A stretch of DNA of 64,000 nucleotides from a virus. This document shows positions 40,792-49,784 of this stretch, in pieces; the first letter of the stretch is position 1; each line of letters opens with the position of its first letter. Location: positions 70,596 through 134,595 of the IMG/VR virus record IMGVR_UViG_3300024313_000004. One strand, 5' to 3'. The notes under the pieces were generated by a model. It was not told the origin of the DNA, searched no databases, and was given only the letters and a program-made list of their open reading frames with translations. The translations under genes were made by a program, and so were the position numbers.

Positions 40792-40862
40792 TTATGTAAA
40801 AATAAGGTTTTTTAACGATATATATAGATTATTAAAAAAAGAAAAAAAAAAGAAAAAAAATT

Positions 40863-42566
40863 ATGTCACACATTAGAATAGACAACGCGAAAGCAACTAA
40901 GAAATGGGCTCCAGTTTTAGAAAACATGGGAGTAACAGGTGATAGAGTTGAATGGATGTCGGAGTACGCTGAATTTCACTCAATCAATGAAAATGCATAT
41001 GTAAACGCATCTAACGTTGCGGGTATGGGAGGTGTATTTGCACCACAACCAGCTGCTTATGCAGGTAACACAATCGGTGGTAACTATGCAGCAACAACTG
41101 CAGGTGGAACAATTGGTTCAGGAGACGTAGGTCAAAACTTATTACCAGTAGCTATGAAAATTGCTGCTCAAACAATCGGTTTGGATTTAGTAGCTGTTAA
41201 ACCAACTCCGGGTCCAAAAATCGATTTACTTTATATTGATTTCCAATATGATGATACTAGATTAGGTGATTCTGACGAAAGACCACAAGTTTTCAAATTA
41301 AATACTACTAACAATTCTGATCTTGTTGCTGCAATCCAAACTGGTGCTGGTTCAACAATTGTAAATACACAAGGTGGTTTAGCAAATGGAAGATTCTTCT
41401 ATTCAATCAACGCAACAGGTACTGCTTCTTTAGGTGCTACTGTATCAACTACTGAACCTGCAAGTAAAGAAGGTGTTGTTGAGTTTTTAGGATTCTCTAG
41501 AATCGATGGTTTCCCAATGTTCAGAGCATTTAGACAAACAAATACTGCACATACTGGTGTTAATCAATTCACAACTGCTTGGGGATTTGATGTAACAAGA
41601 AACACTTTCGCACCAACTGCATCAATGGTTTCTCAAATCGATCAAATCGCGGGAGTTACACCAACAGGAACAACAATTGAATTAATCTCTGCATTAGAAG
41701 ATCATATCCCAGGTTTCTCTACAAACTTTGGTGGTGTTCCTTCAGGTTCTGCACAAGGGTCTTACCCAATGTCAAGAGAAGAAGATGATAACAGTTATGC
41801 TGGTGTTATCGGACCAAAAATTTCTTCTAAAACTATCGCAGTTGGTACTATTGAAGTAACTTCAGCTTTAAGAAGAACAGAAATCGAAGATATCAAAGCT
41901 AACACAGGTATGGATATCGTTCAAAAAATGGAATCTATCCTTGTTAATGAGTTGTCTCAAACAATCTCTAAACAAATCGTTGCTAAAATCTTCGAAATGG
42001 GTTCTTTAAATAGAGCAAGTGCTCCTATCAAATCTGGTTCAGATACTATTTTTGATTTAAATACAAACTATGCTGCAACTGGAGTTGTAGGTGGTGAAAC
42101 TACTCACGCGGTACAAAGAAAATTGATCACGAAAATTGCTCACGCTTCTAACTATATCGCAACAGAAGGTCGTGTTGGTCCTGCTCAATACCTTATCACA
42201 AATGGAGGTTTAGCTGCGGCATTACAAGATATCGCTGGTTACACAATCAACCCTGTTAAATCTAAATTAAACGGACAAGGTCAATTATACCCTGTAGGTT
42301 CTATCGGAGATATCGCTATCTATGTTGATCCTTACATGAAATATAATGACAACAGAATCGTTTTAGGTAGAAAAAATAACCCAGATCAACCAGGTATTAT
42401 TTTCGTACCTTACTTGATGGCACAATCTATCTCAGTTATTTCTGAAGCGACTTTCGCACCAAGAATGTTACTAAGATCTAGATATGCGGTTGCTGAAGTT
42501 GGATGGTTCCCACAAAAACAATTTATGACTATTCAAGTTACTGATACTGAACAATTATTGAACTAA
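40863..42566 (+). CDS. Major capsid protein (T4 gp23-like)
   Basis: KKWAPVLE, DLVAVKPTPGP, IYVDPY, FVPY, PRMLLRSRYA; between scaffold and a strong terminator. Confidence 0.95.
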   Translation: MSHIRIDNAKATKKWAPVLENMGVTGDRVEWMSEYAEFHSINENAYVNASNVAGMGGVFAPQPAAYAGNTIGGNYAATTAGGTIGSGDVGQNLLPVAMKIAAQTIGLDLVAVKPTPGPKIDLLYIDFQYDDTRLGDSDERPQVFKLNTTNNSDLVAAIQTGAGSTIVNTQGGLANGRFFYSINATGTASLGATVSTTEPASKEGVVEFLGFSRIDGFPMFRAFRQTNTAHTGVNQFTTAWGFDVTRNTFAPTASMVSQIDQIAGVTPTGTTIELISALEDHIPGFSTNFGGVPSGSAQGSYPMSREEDDNSYAGVIGPKISSKTIAVGTIEVTSALRRTEIEDIKANTGMDIVQKMESILVNELSQTISKQIVAKIFEMGSLNRASAPIKSGSDTIFDLNTNYAATGVVGGETTHAVQRKLITKIAHASNYIATEGRVGPAQYLITNGGLAAALQDIAGYTINPVKSKLNGQGQLYPVGSIGDIAIYVDPYMKYNDNRIVLGRKNNPDQPGIIFVPYLMAQSISVISEATFAPRMLLRSRYAVAEVGWFPQKQFMTIQVTDTEQLLN

Positions 42567-42591
42567 TCTTAACTAATAGTATAAAGATAAT

Positions 42592-42622
42592 AAAAAAGCT
42601 TCTCTCAGAGAAGCTTTTTTTT
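42592..42622 (+). terminator. Intrinsic terminator after MCP
   Basis: A6-GCTTCTC-TCA-GAGAAGC-T8. Confidence 0.9.
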
Positions 42623-42654
42623 ATTTTGTGTTTTTTTTATTTAATATATAAACT

Positions 42655-43488
42655 ATGAAAAATATAATCACATTTAAAAAATATTTTGAAAGTAAAAATA
42701 AAGTAAATGAAGGTTCTGTTGAATTGTTTATGGCAGGTGTTACTTTATTAGGATTGACTAATTTAGGCTATTGGGCCACCGAAAATATAAAATATTGGAC
42801 ATCTAAACATGGAAGATATTTCAAAGCTTTAGAAAAAGATAAAGAATTCTTTAAACAATTTGTAGAATTACTTACTACTTATGGTAAAGGAGATCCTACA
42901 CAAGCATTTAGATATATCTTTAGAGGTTTAGGTTTTGAAAAAAAGAAATTTATAGATGAAATTTTTGAATTACCTAGAGCACTTGAGATAAGAGAAAAAT
43001 TAGGTATTAGTGACGATCCAGATTCAACAATGTGGAAAGTAAAATATGATTTTAATGATGCACTTATAAATGGATATGTTGAACGATTCATAGTTAAAAA
43101 ACTGAAAAGTATCAAGAGAGACATAAATGAGTCTAAAAATAAGTTTCCTGATGTTAAGAAGATGGATATAGATGGTTTTATAGTTTATATCGGTAAAGAT
43201 GCAAAATCTAATGATTACTTAACATTTAATATGGCTGATGATGAGGATATATGGATGCATGCAAAGGGTGTTCCAGGTAGCCATGTTGTTATCAGAGTTA
43301 TGGATAATCTACCAACAGAAACAACAATTAAAAAGGTTGCAGAACTTGCAAAAAAGAATAGTAAGGCAAAAAGGGAAACTAATGTACCGGTAGTATATTG
43401 TCAGAGAAAGTTTGTTAAGAAAGAACCTGGTATGAATGATGGTCAGGTAAAAGTTGACTATATAAATTCAAATGATATTAATATATAA
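42655..43488 (+). CDS. NFACT-R (RqcH/DUF814 RNA-binding) domain protein with N-terminal extension
   Basis: IGKDAKSNDYLTF, DIWMHAKGVPGSHVVIR, VAELAKKNSKA, VVYCQRKFVKK. Confidence 0.88.
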   Translation: MKNIITFKKYFESKNKVNEGSVELFMAGVTLLGLTNLGYWATENIKYWTSKHGRYFKALEKDKEFFKQFVELLTTYGKGDPTQAFRYIFRGLGFEKKKFIDEIFELPRALEIREKLGISDDPDSTMWKVKYDFNDALINGYVERFIVKKLKSIKRDINESKNKFPDVKKMDIDGFIVYIGKDAKSNDYLTFNMADDEDIWMHAKGVPGSHVVIRVMDNLPTETTIKKVAELAKKNSKAKRETNVPVVYCQRKFVKKEPGMNDGQVKVDYINSNDINI

Positions 43489-43503
43489 ATAAAATAAAAA
43501 GAT

Positions 43504-44859
43504 ATGGCTGAACAAAAAATAGAGTTCTCAAAAGAACTTACTGAAGTACTAACTAAGTTGGAAAAACAAGGAAATTACGTTGCATTTGAACTTCTTTGGA
43601 TGACAGAACCTGATGCTGAATATTTCAATGGTTTAAAGATAACTAAGGTTGATGTATCTAAAGTTGATTGGTGTTTTAATATAACAACAGAAAATGGTGT
43701 TAAAAACGATATGAAGATTGGTAAATTCATCAGATATTACTTTAAAAATATTATAAATGATTATGAAATAACTAAGTTTTCCAAACTTTATAATAGTTTA
43801 AAAAGTGGTAAACCACATGAAGATGGTAATCCTATAAATGTTGAGAAATTTGTATATTCTCCTAAGGATCCAAGAAAAACATTTTTATCATTGGTAACCA
43901 AAACATACCCACATGGTAATGAAGATGAGGTTCTACAATTCTTACCTACTTTACAGAAAGATATTATAGGTAATTATTATACTATTATAGGTGGTAACAC
44001 AAACACAATGTTTACTTGTCACTTAGATACCGCAGATAGAACACAAATGACAACAACACTATTCTCTAAAAAAGAAGGTGATGATGAGATTATCGTAACT
44101 GATGGTAATACGGTTTTAGGTGCCGATGATAAATCAGGAACTACCGTTATGCTTTATATGATGGCACATAATGTACCTGGATTATACTATTTCTTTATTG
44201 GAGAAGAAAGAGGTGGAATTGGATCAAACGCACTTGCAGATGTTTATGAAAGTGTAGATTATTTAAAAAATGTTAAAAGATGTATTTCATTCGATAGAAG
44301 AAACTATAATTCTATTATAACAAACCAAATGGGTACAGAATGTTGTTCTCCTGAATTTGCAGATGCTTTATGTGATGCATATAATGCGAATGGTATGGAA
44401 ATGAAACCTGATAATGGTGGTATTTATACAGATTCTGCATCATTTATCGAAGATATACCTGAATGTACAAATGTTTCGGTTGGGTATTTTAACGAACATA
44501 CTGGAAAAGAGAAACAAAATATAACCTTCCTTATTAAACTATGTGAGGCATCAGTAAAGGTAAATTGGGATTCTCTACCTACCAAAAGATCATTAGATGA
44601 GATTATATCATATAAAAAACAATCATTAGAAGCAAAAAAGAAACATAAAGGTTTATTAGAAGAAGTTAAGAAAACAATTAATTTAGATAGACTTATTTCA
44701 GTTGATGGTGGTGTAACATATATGTGTCTTGATTTAGAAGGATCTGATATCGATACTATACTTGATTCTTTAAAATCTCTAAAAGAGATAATGAAAAAAC
44801 ATAATCTTAGAGAAGAAGTAGTCTTTGATGAGACATATTTAAAAATAGAACTTAAATAA
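43504..44859 (+). CDS. M28-family zinc peptidase
   Basis: CHLDT, GADDKSG, GEERG, SFDRR, YTDS, GYFNEH. Confidence 0.85.
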   Translation: MAEQKIEFSKELTEVLTKLEKQGNYVAFELLWMTEPDAEYFNGLKITKVDVSKVDWCFNITTENGVKNDMKIGKFIRYYFKNIINDYEITKFSKLYNSLKSGKPHEDGNPINVEKFVYSPKDPRKTFLSLVTKTYPHGNEDEVLQFLPTLQKDIIGNYYTIIGGNTNTMFTCHLDTADRTQMTTTLFSKKEGDDEIIVTDGNTVLGADDKSGTTVMLYMMAHNVPGLYYFFIGEERGGIGSNALADVYESVDYLKNVKRCISFDRRNYNSIITNQMGTECCSPEFADALCDAYNANGMEMKPDNGGIYTDSASFIEDIPECTNVSVGYFNEHTGKEKQNITFLIKLCEASVKVNWDSLPTKRSLDEIISYKKQSLEAKKKHKGLLEEVKKTINLDRLISVDGGVTYMCLDLEGSDIDTILDSLKSLKEIMKKHNLREEVVFDETYLKIELK

Positions 44860-44860
44860 A

Positions 44861-45271
44861 ATGATAAAGAGATATAACAACTATATTAAAGAGGATAAAT
44901 ACGAAGATGAATTCTTTGACGATTATGGTTCACAAGATGAATATGAGGGTCAAGATGACGCACAAGGTGATGATGATATGGAACACCTTCTTTACCTTTT
45001 GAGGGCTTTCTTAAAGGATGCTGGTATTAAAAATGTGAGTTTGAAAAATACAAATTCTAGTATACAATTAGAAATAATTACTAAAAGAAAAGAATCTATA
45101 ACAGAAGTTATAAGAATTTTTGAAGTTTTGAAAAAATTATCTAATGATATAATGGGTGATTATGATTGTGAGTTTGATATTTGGGAAACAAATAAGGGTA
45201 ATCCATTATTGATAATTGACTTCTACTTACCAGGTGATTATAATTATGAAGATGATGATATGCCATTTTAA
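44861..45271 (+). CDS. Acidic hypothetical protein
   Basis: MIKRYNNYIKE targeting-like start; D/E-rich. Confidence 0.55.
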   Translation: MIKRYNNYIKEDKYEDEFFDDYGSQDEYEGQDDAQGDDDMEHLLYLLRAFLKDAGIKNVSLKNTNSSIQLEIITKRKESITEVIRIFEVLKKLSNDIMGDYDCEFDIWETNKGNPLLIIDFYLPGDYNYEDDDMPF

Positions 45272-45304
45272 AAAAATATTAAACTTTTTTAGGTATTTAG
45301 AATA

Positions 45305-45319
45305 TTATATATATCTTTG
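45305..45319 (+). promoter_or_regulatory. Overlapping late-type (TTATATATA) and Bacteroidota-type (TATCTTTG) promoter motifs for tmRNA
   Basis: TTATATATATCTTTG, 25 nt before mature 5' end. Confidence 0.5.
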
Positions 45320-45344
45320 TTAAGATAAATAACGAATACAACTT

Positions 45345-45703
45345 GGGGGTGTCTTAGAATCGCCTAGCAGATTGGTAGTAGTTATGCAGGTATCGGGTTA
45401 TCTAGTGTCCGATTAATAAATTAAGAGGTAACGTCGTAAATGGCAAAACAAATGAAGTAGGAACTCGTGAAGACTTAGTAGCGACCCTTAAAGCAATTGG
45501 AGTTAACACTCCAGAATTGGTATAAGAGAACCAATAAAAAATTTCTCCCAGCTGTATCACACAGACCAAATGTGAAACCCTTTTTGTTAGAGTTTGAGTT
45601 AAAACTAAATATTTTGTAAGTTTAAGAAAAAACTTTCTAAGCCTGTGAAGATTAGTTATTAACAACTGAGTAGTACATGAGGAGCAGTACCTCATCACCT
45701 CCA
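45345..45703 (+). ncRNA. ssrA: tmRNA
   Basis: Acceptor stem GGGGGTG/CACCTCC-A with G3.U wobble; T-arm ATGAGG-AGCAGTA-CCTCAT; internal tag ORF after UAAAU; 359 nt. Confidence 0.9.
45442..45525 (+). other. tmRNA tag reading frame (A)GKTNEVGTREDLVATLKAIGVNTPELV*
   Basis: Resume codon GGC preceded by UAAAU; 27 codons to TAA. Confidence 0.75.
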
Positions 45704-45718
45704 CTAACGATCTCATTA

Positions 45719-46423
45719 TCATTTGATAATGAGATCTTTTTTTTCAAACATATTTACCTTACTACATAGAGGTTGTAGATTCGTATAATGATTTAATCTT
45801 ATTATATCTTCTTCTGTTTCTGCTGAAGATAATGGTATAATATGATCAATTTGCCAGGTTTTTTCGTACTCACCATTATATAAACCGTGATTTTTCCAAT
45901 CCATCCAGTTCTCAAACTTAGACTCCAAATAATTTTTAAAATAATCAAATGAACAACCTAATACTTCCTCTGTTTTTGATTTTTTATTGAAACCGCCTTT
46001 CCTAATGCTATTTGATACCAATGTCCTTATTACACATTTTAATTTAAATAATGGATCTATTTTTTTCCTATATTTTAGATAGTTTCGATGATTTTTTCTA
46101 AATCTATCTATATTATTATAATAATATTTTCTATTTAACTCCTTATACTTATCCGGGTTTTTAATATATCTTTCTCTATCTTGTTCTTGCTTTCTTTTTT
46201 TATTTTATTCAATTTCTCTATATAATTTATTATTTTTATTTCTCTTTTCTTTATTATTATCTCTATATTCCTTTTCCATTTTTTTATATTTCTCTATATT
46301 ATTCTCTCTATATAATTTTATACAAATTTTGCACTCATTTTTAAATCCATCTTTAATTGCATTACTTTTGTGAAATTCATTAAATTCCTTTTCGGTATTA
46401 CACTTTTTACATATCTTTATCAT
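45719..46423 (-). pseudogene. HNH homing endonuclease interrupted by one in-frame TAA (46205-46207)
   Basis: The two track ORFs are in one frame: CKKC..CKIC..YREIE*NKKRKQEQ..DPLFKLK..WQIDHIIPLS..LNHYTNLQPLC. Confidence 0.85.
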
Positions 46424-46476
46424 AACAAATCATTTCTTTTTTCATATATAGTATATATAAAAAAATATATCTCCTT

Positions 46477-46644
46477 ATGGAAAAATATAAAGAAACTAAT
46501 CAAAAATCGAAGAAAAATTATAATTCAGATAAAACTTTTATTCAGATATCAAAGGAGCTACATCAAAGAGTTAAGAAACATTGTGAAGAAAATAACCTTA
46601 AAGTAAAAGATTTTTTAGAAAAATTATTAATAGATAACCTATGA
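46477..46644 (+). CDS. Ribbon-helix-helix protein (55 aa), divergent from HNH
   Basis: Read by hand: ..KTFIQISKELHQRVKKHCEENNLKVKDFLEKLLIDNL*. Confidence 0.65.
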   Translation: MEKYKETNQKSKKNYNSDKTFIQISKELHQRVKKHCEENNLKVKDFLEKLLIDNL

Positions 46645-46691
46645 AAAAATTATTAGACAGATTGTAAGTAAATAAAAAATAACTTACACTC

Positions 46692-46988
46692 ATGAACAAA
46701 CATCAAAACAAACACTGGTTAAGAGAAAAAGAATATCGTTCTCTAAAGAATCTCTATTATTCGGATTTTTATTGCACCAGAACCTCTACAGAAGCAGAGA
46801 TAGAAGAAAGACTATGTTCAAAATTCTGGAACGAGTTTTGTGGATTCTATCATACTGCACCTAAACACTACAGAAAGACTCTTAACAGAATACAAAGAGC
46901 AAAATCAAAACAAACTCTTATCAGAGAGCTCAATGGATATGATGTGTCCTATGAAGATAATTATAAAGACTGTAGCTGGTTTTGGTAA
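46692..46988 (+). CDS. Hypothetical protein
   Basis: ORF track. Confidence 0.55.
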   Translation: MNKHQNKHWLREKEYRSLKNLYYSDFYCTRTSTEAEIEERLCSKFWNEFCGFYHTAPKHYRKTLNRIQRAKSKQTLIRELNGYDVSYEDNYKDCSWFW

Positions 46989-46998
46989 TTTTTATATT

Positions 46999-47469
46999 TT
47001 ATTTTAGATATTTTATTGTATAATAACTATGTTTGTCTTCTTTATATAATTCTCTCCTTTTTAACCAAGAATCTATATTGTTCAATCCCTTTAGATGTTG
47101 ACCAAATATAAAATCATAACCATTATCTTTGGCATAATTTTCAAACCAATCTTTCAACTTATCACCCAATCCATTACCTCTATACTCTTTTTTAAGACCA
47201 AGTGCGACTCCTTCTAATCCACTTTTATCTTTTATTTTCTTGTGTGATAATAGATAGAACCCAATAATATCACCATTATTGGTTAATTTACATGATATAT
47301 CAAAATCGACAATAGACCTAATATAATCTTGGTTGTCATCATATGACATCAAATTAGAAAAAATATGTGATGCCATATCAACAACCACATCTATATCCTC
47401 AATTTTAATCTTCTGAATTTTAATATCACCAATTTTAAAAGATTCATTATATTTTCTCAAATATTTCAT
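46999..47469 (-). CDS. GNAT-family acetyltransferase
   Basis: LGLKKEYRGNGLGDKLK acetyl-CoA loop; N-term MKYLRKYNES. Confidence 0.8.
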   Translation of the reverse strand: MKYLRKYNESFKIGDIKIQKIKIEDIDVVVDMASHIFSNLMSYDDNQDYIRSIVDFDISCKLTNNGDIIGFYLLSHKKIKDKSGLEGVALGLKKEYRGNGLGDKLKDWFENYAKDNGYDFIFGQHLKGLNNIDSWLKRRELYKEDKHSYYTIKYLK

Positions 47470-47515
47470 TTTCTATATATAAAAACAAATAACTACTTTT
47501 TTAATATAAGTATCT

Positions 47516-48037
47516 ATGATAGATAAATTTGAAGGACGTTGGAGATTCTTATCGAATTTCCATGCATGTAAAGTTGAACATCAGGGAATAGTATATCCTT
47601 CTGTTGAGCACTACTACGTAGCGATGAAGTGCAACAATGAACAAATGTTAAACGGTAAGCATTATACTATTGGTGATTTTAGAGAGATGATTGCCAAAAT
47701 TTCAAGTCCGGCAATTGTTAAATCTTTAGGTAGAAAAATACAAGTTAGAAAGGACTGGGATGAGAAAAAGCTTGGCTTTATGCTTTATGGTGTAAGAGAA
47801 AAGTTCAAAGATCCTGTATTAAAAGAACTTCTATTGAGTACTGAAGATTTTTCATTGGTTGAATCTAATGATTGGAATGATAAATTCTGGGGTGTGTGTC
47901 AAGGAAAAGGATTAAATCATTTAGGTCGAATCTTAATGAAAGTTAGAAAGGAAATAAGAGATAAAGAAAACGGTGTTGTTGAAAGACCAAATTCTTTGGA
48001 TCAATTCTTCAAACAAAGTGGACAACAAACCGACTAG
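47516..48037 (+). CDS. NADAR family ADP-ribosylglycohydrolase (YbiA/T4 gp30.3-like)
   Basis: FLSNF, SVEHYY..MK, LLSTE..LVE, DKFWG, NHLGRILMKVR. Confidence 0.88.
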   Translation: MIDKFEGRWRFLSNFHACKVEHQGIVYPSVEHYYVAMKCNNEQMLNGKHYTIGDFREMIAKISSPAIVKSLGRKIQVRKDWDEKKLGFMLYGVREKFKDPVLKELLLSTEDFSLVESNDWNDKFWGVCQGKGLNHLGRILMKVRKEIRDKENGVVERPNSLDQFFKQSGQQTD

Positions 48038-48150
48038 TTGGTTTGAAGATGTGACCGTTTATTTAGAAAGAAAAAAGAAAACTTTCGAAGTAGCAGTCTC
48101 TATAAGTAATAGTAAAATTAAATACAGAAAAAACAATAAAATAAATAAAA

Positions 48151-49080
48151 ATGTCGGTAATATCCTATTTTGGAGGTAAGGCGAACTTCCAATCATTCAT
48201 CACGCCAAAAATACCTAAAGATTGTAAAACATACATTGAACCATTTTCAGGTTCTTTTGCAATCTATATGGATTCAGACTTAGAGTTTGAAAATGTTATC
48301 TTTAATGACCGAAACAGACACCAAGCAAATCTTATGAGATGTTGTGCATCTCCGGAAGAATTCTTAGTTGAAATAAAAGCACTTATGGCACCAGGTGGTT
48401 TACTATACAATGAATTAACTACACCAGAAGAGAAATGGGATTTCTATAAAGCCATATATCGAGATTATGTTAAGAACGATTTCTTAGATAATATGGATTT
48501 TGAGATTGGTGATTTCAAAGTAGGTGCTATTTATGCATTTCTTATCACATCTTCTTTCTCAAGTGTTTATCCAAGAGGTGGTGGTTTCACTGGATATAAA
48601 AAGAAAAAAGATAAACTGAATCTTTCTATTTTAATAAACAAGCTTGAGAAAAACAAATATACTAAAAGACTTCAAAACATCACTGAGTTCAACAACTCTG
48701 ACTTTGAAGAAGTAATCAGAAGACATGATTCAGAAGATACTTATATCTATTTAGACCCACCTTATGCTCGATTTAACGACGTTAAAAACGATGATGATGG
48801 TAGACGTTTATTTTGGTATGGATGTGATGATAAAGACACTTTTGGTGTTGAATCACATAGAAGATTGTTAGAGTTGTTGAAAACTACAAAATCAAGATGG
48901 TCTCTATCCTATTATTACTTTCCTTTATTAGAAGAGATTTTACCAAAAGATAAATATATTTGGACTTCAAAGGAATTTCATAGACCATCTGCGGTAATTA
49001 AGACAGAGGGAGTTGAAAAGGAGAAGGGAATCGAACTTTTAATTATGAACTACGACCCAGAAACAGGAGAAAGAGTATAA
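48151..49080 (+). CDS. N6-adenine DNA methyltransferase (Dam/D12 class)
   Basis: YFGGK, YIEPFSGS, FND, YLDPPY. Confidence 0.88.
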   Translation: MSVISYFGGKANFQSFITPKIPKDCKTYIEPFSGSFAIYMDSDLEFENVIFNDRNRHQANLMRCCASPEEFLVEIKALMAPGGLLYNELTTPEEKWDFYKAIYRDYVKNDFLDNMDFEIGDFKVGAIYAFLITSSFSSVYPRGGGFTGYKKKKDKLNLSILINKLEKNKYTKRLQNITEFNNSDFEEVIRRHDSEDTYIYLDPPYARFNDVKNDDDGRRLFWYGCDDKDTFGVESHRRLLELLKTTKSRWSLSYYYFPLLEEILPKDKYIWTSKEFHRPSAVIKTEGVEKEKGIELLIMNYDPETGERV

Positions 49081-49784
49081 TGGATATAGTGGATATGATA
49101 AATTCCGGAATGGATCTTTTTGACTATTCCGGTTTTTTCAGAAAGAGTGATTATATTTCTGGTCTTGAAAGAGTTCAATTAAGTATGAATGTTCCGATTC
49201 AATCATGTGTTGATTATCAACAAGAATATATTCGACAACTAAAAGATGAATTTAAATCAACCATACTTTCTAAAACATTTAAAAATATACGAATTACTAA
49301 TGAATATTCAGTTTTAGATTTAAGAGGTAATAATCTAGAAGATGGTGATCAAGTTATCATAAACAGAGTATTAGATGAAATAAGAAGTAATAATTACAGA
49401 AATTTAGTTGTTTCTTCTAAAATTGGATCCATACTACAAGATTCCTCTTCATTTTTAATGACTTCTGAACCAATATCACAAGGTATTTATAAAATAGGTA
49501 GTATTTATGGATATCAAGATATATATGTTGATCCTTATCTTAGATATGATGATATGAGTATTTTATTATTTAATGATGTTTTTATAAACATAAGGGATAT
49601 TGAAAGTAGTTTAAAACTTGAAACAACTTTTAGTCCTAGGGTTCTTATAGATTTTAATTATTCTATTAATTGTGCTAGTTCTAAAGTTATCTATTTATTA
49701 GATGATAAATATCCTAATATTAGTCCAGATTTATTACAAAGAATACGTGAAGATAAAATAAATGAAATATTAGATGAAGACTGA
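49080..49784 (+). CDS. Truncated major-capsid paralog with C-terminal REDKINEIL helix
   Basis: ILQD..GSIYG..IYVDPYLRYDD versus MCP ALQD..GSIG..IYVDPYMKYND. Confidence 0.7.
   Translation: MDIVDMINSGMDLFDYSGFFRKSDYISGLERVQLSMNVPIQSCVDYQQEYIRQLKDEFKSTILSKTFKNIRITNEYSVLDLRGNNLEDGDQVIINRVLDEIRSNNYRNLVVSSKIGSILQDSSSFLMTSEPISQGIYKIGSIYGYQDIYVDPYLRYDDMSILLFNDVFINIRDIESSLKLETTFSPRVLIDFNYSINCASSKVIYLLDDKYPNISPDLLQRIREDKINEILDED

Noticed and set aside
45440-45460. Alternative tmRNA tag AKQMK or mini-ORF MAKQMK
   Set aside because: The UAAAU upstream signal positions the resume codon at GGC 45442, not GCA 45443
45402-45722. 106-aa minus-strand ORF
   Set aside because: Antisense to the tmRNA, with no recognisable protein features
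46205-46207. Stop-codon recoding suggested by the in-frame TAA in the HNH gene
   Set aside because: It is a single case. Core genes are intact under code 11, and TAA, TAG (20131, 48037) and TGA (30963) all act as real terminal stops.
47973-48179. 68-aa ORF bridging NADAR and methyltransferase
   Set aside because: Overlaps both neighbours, with no clear start or motif; cannot be supported
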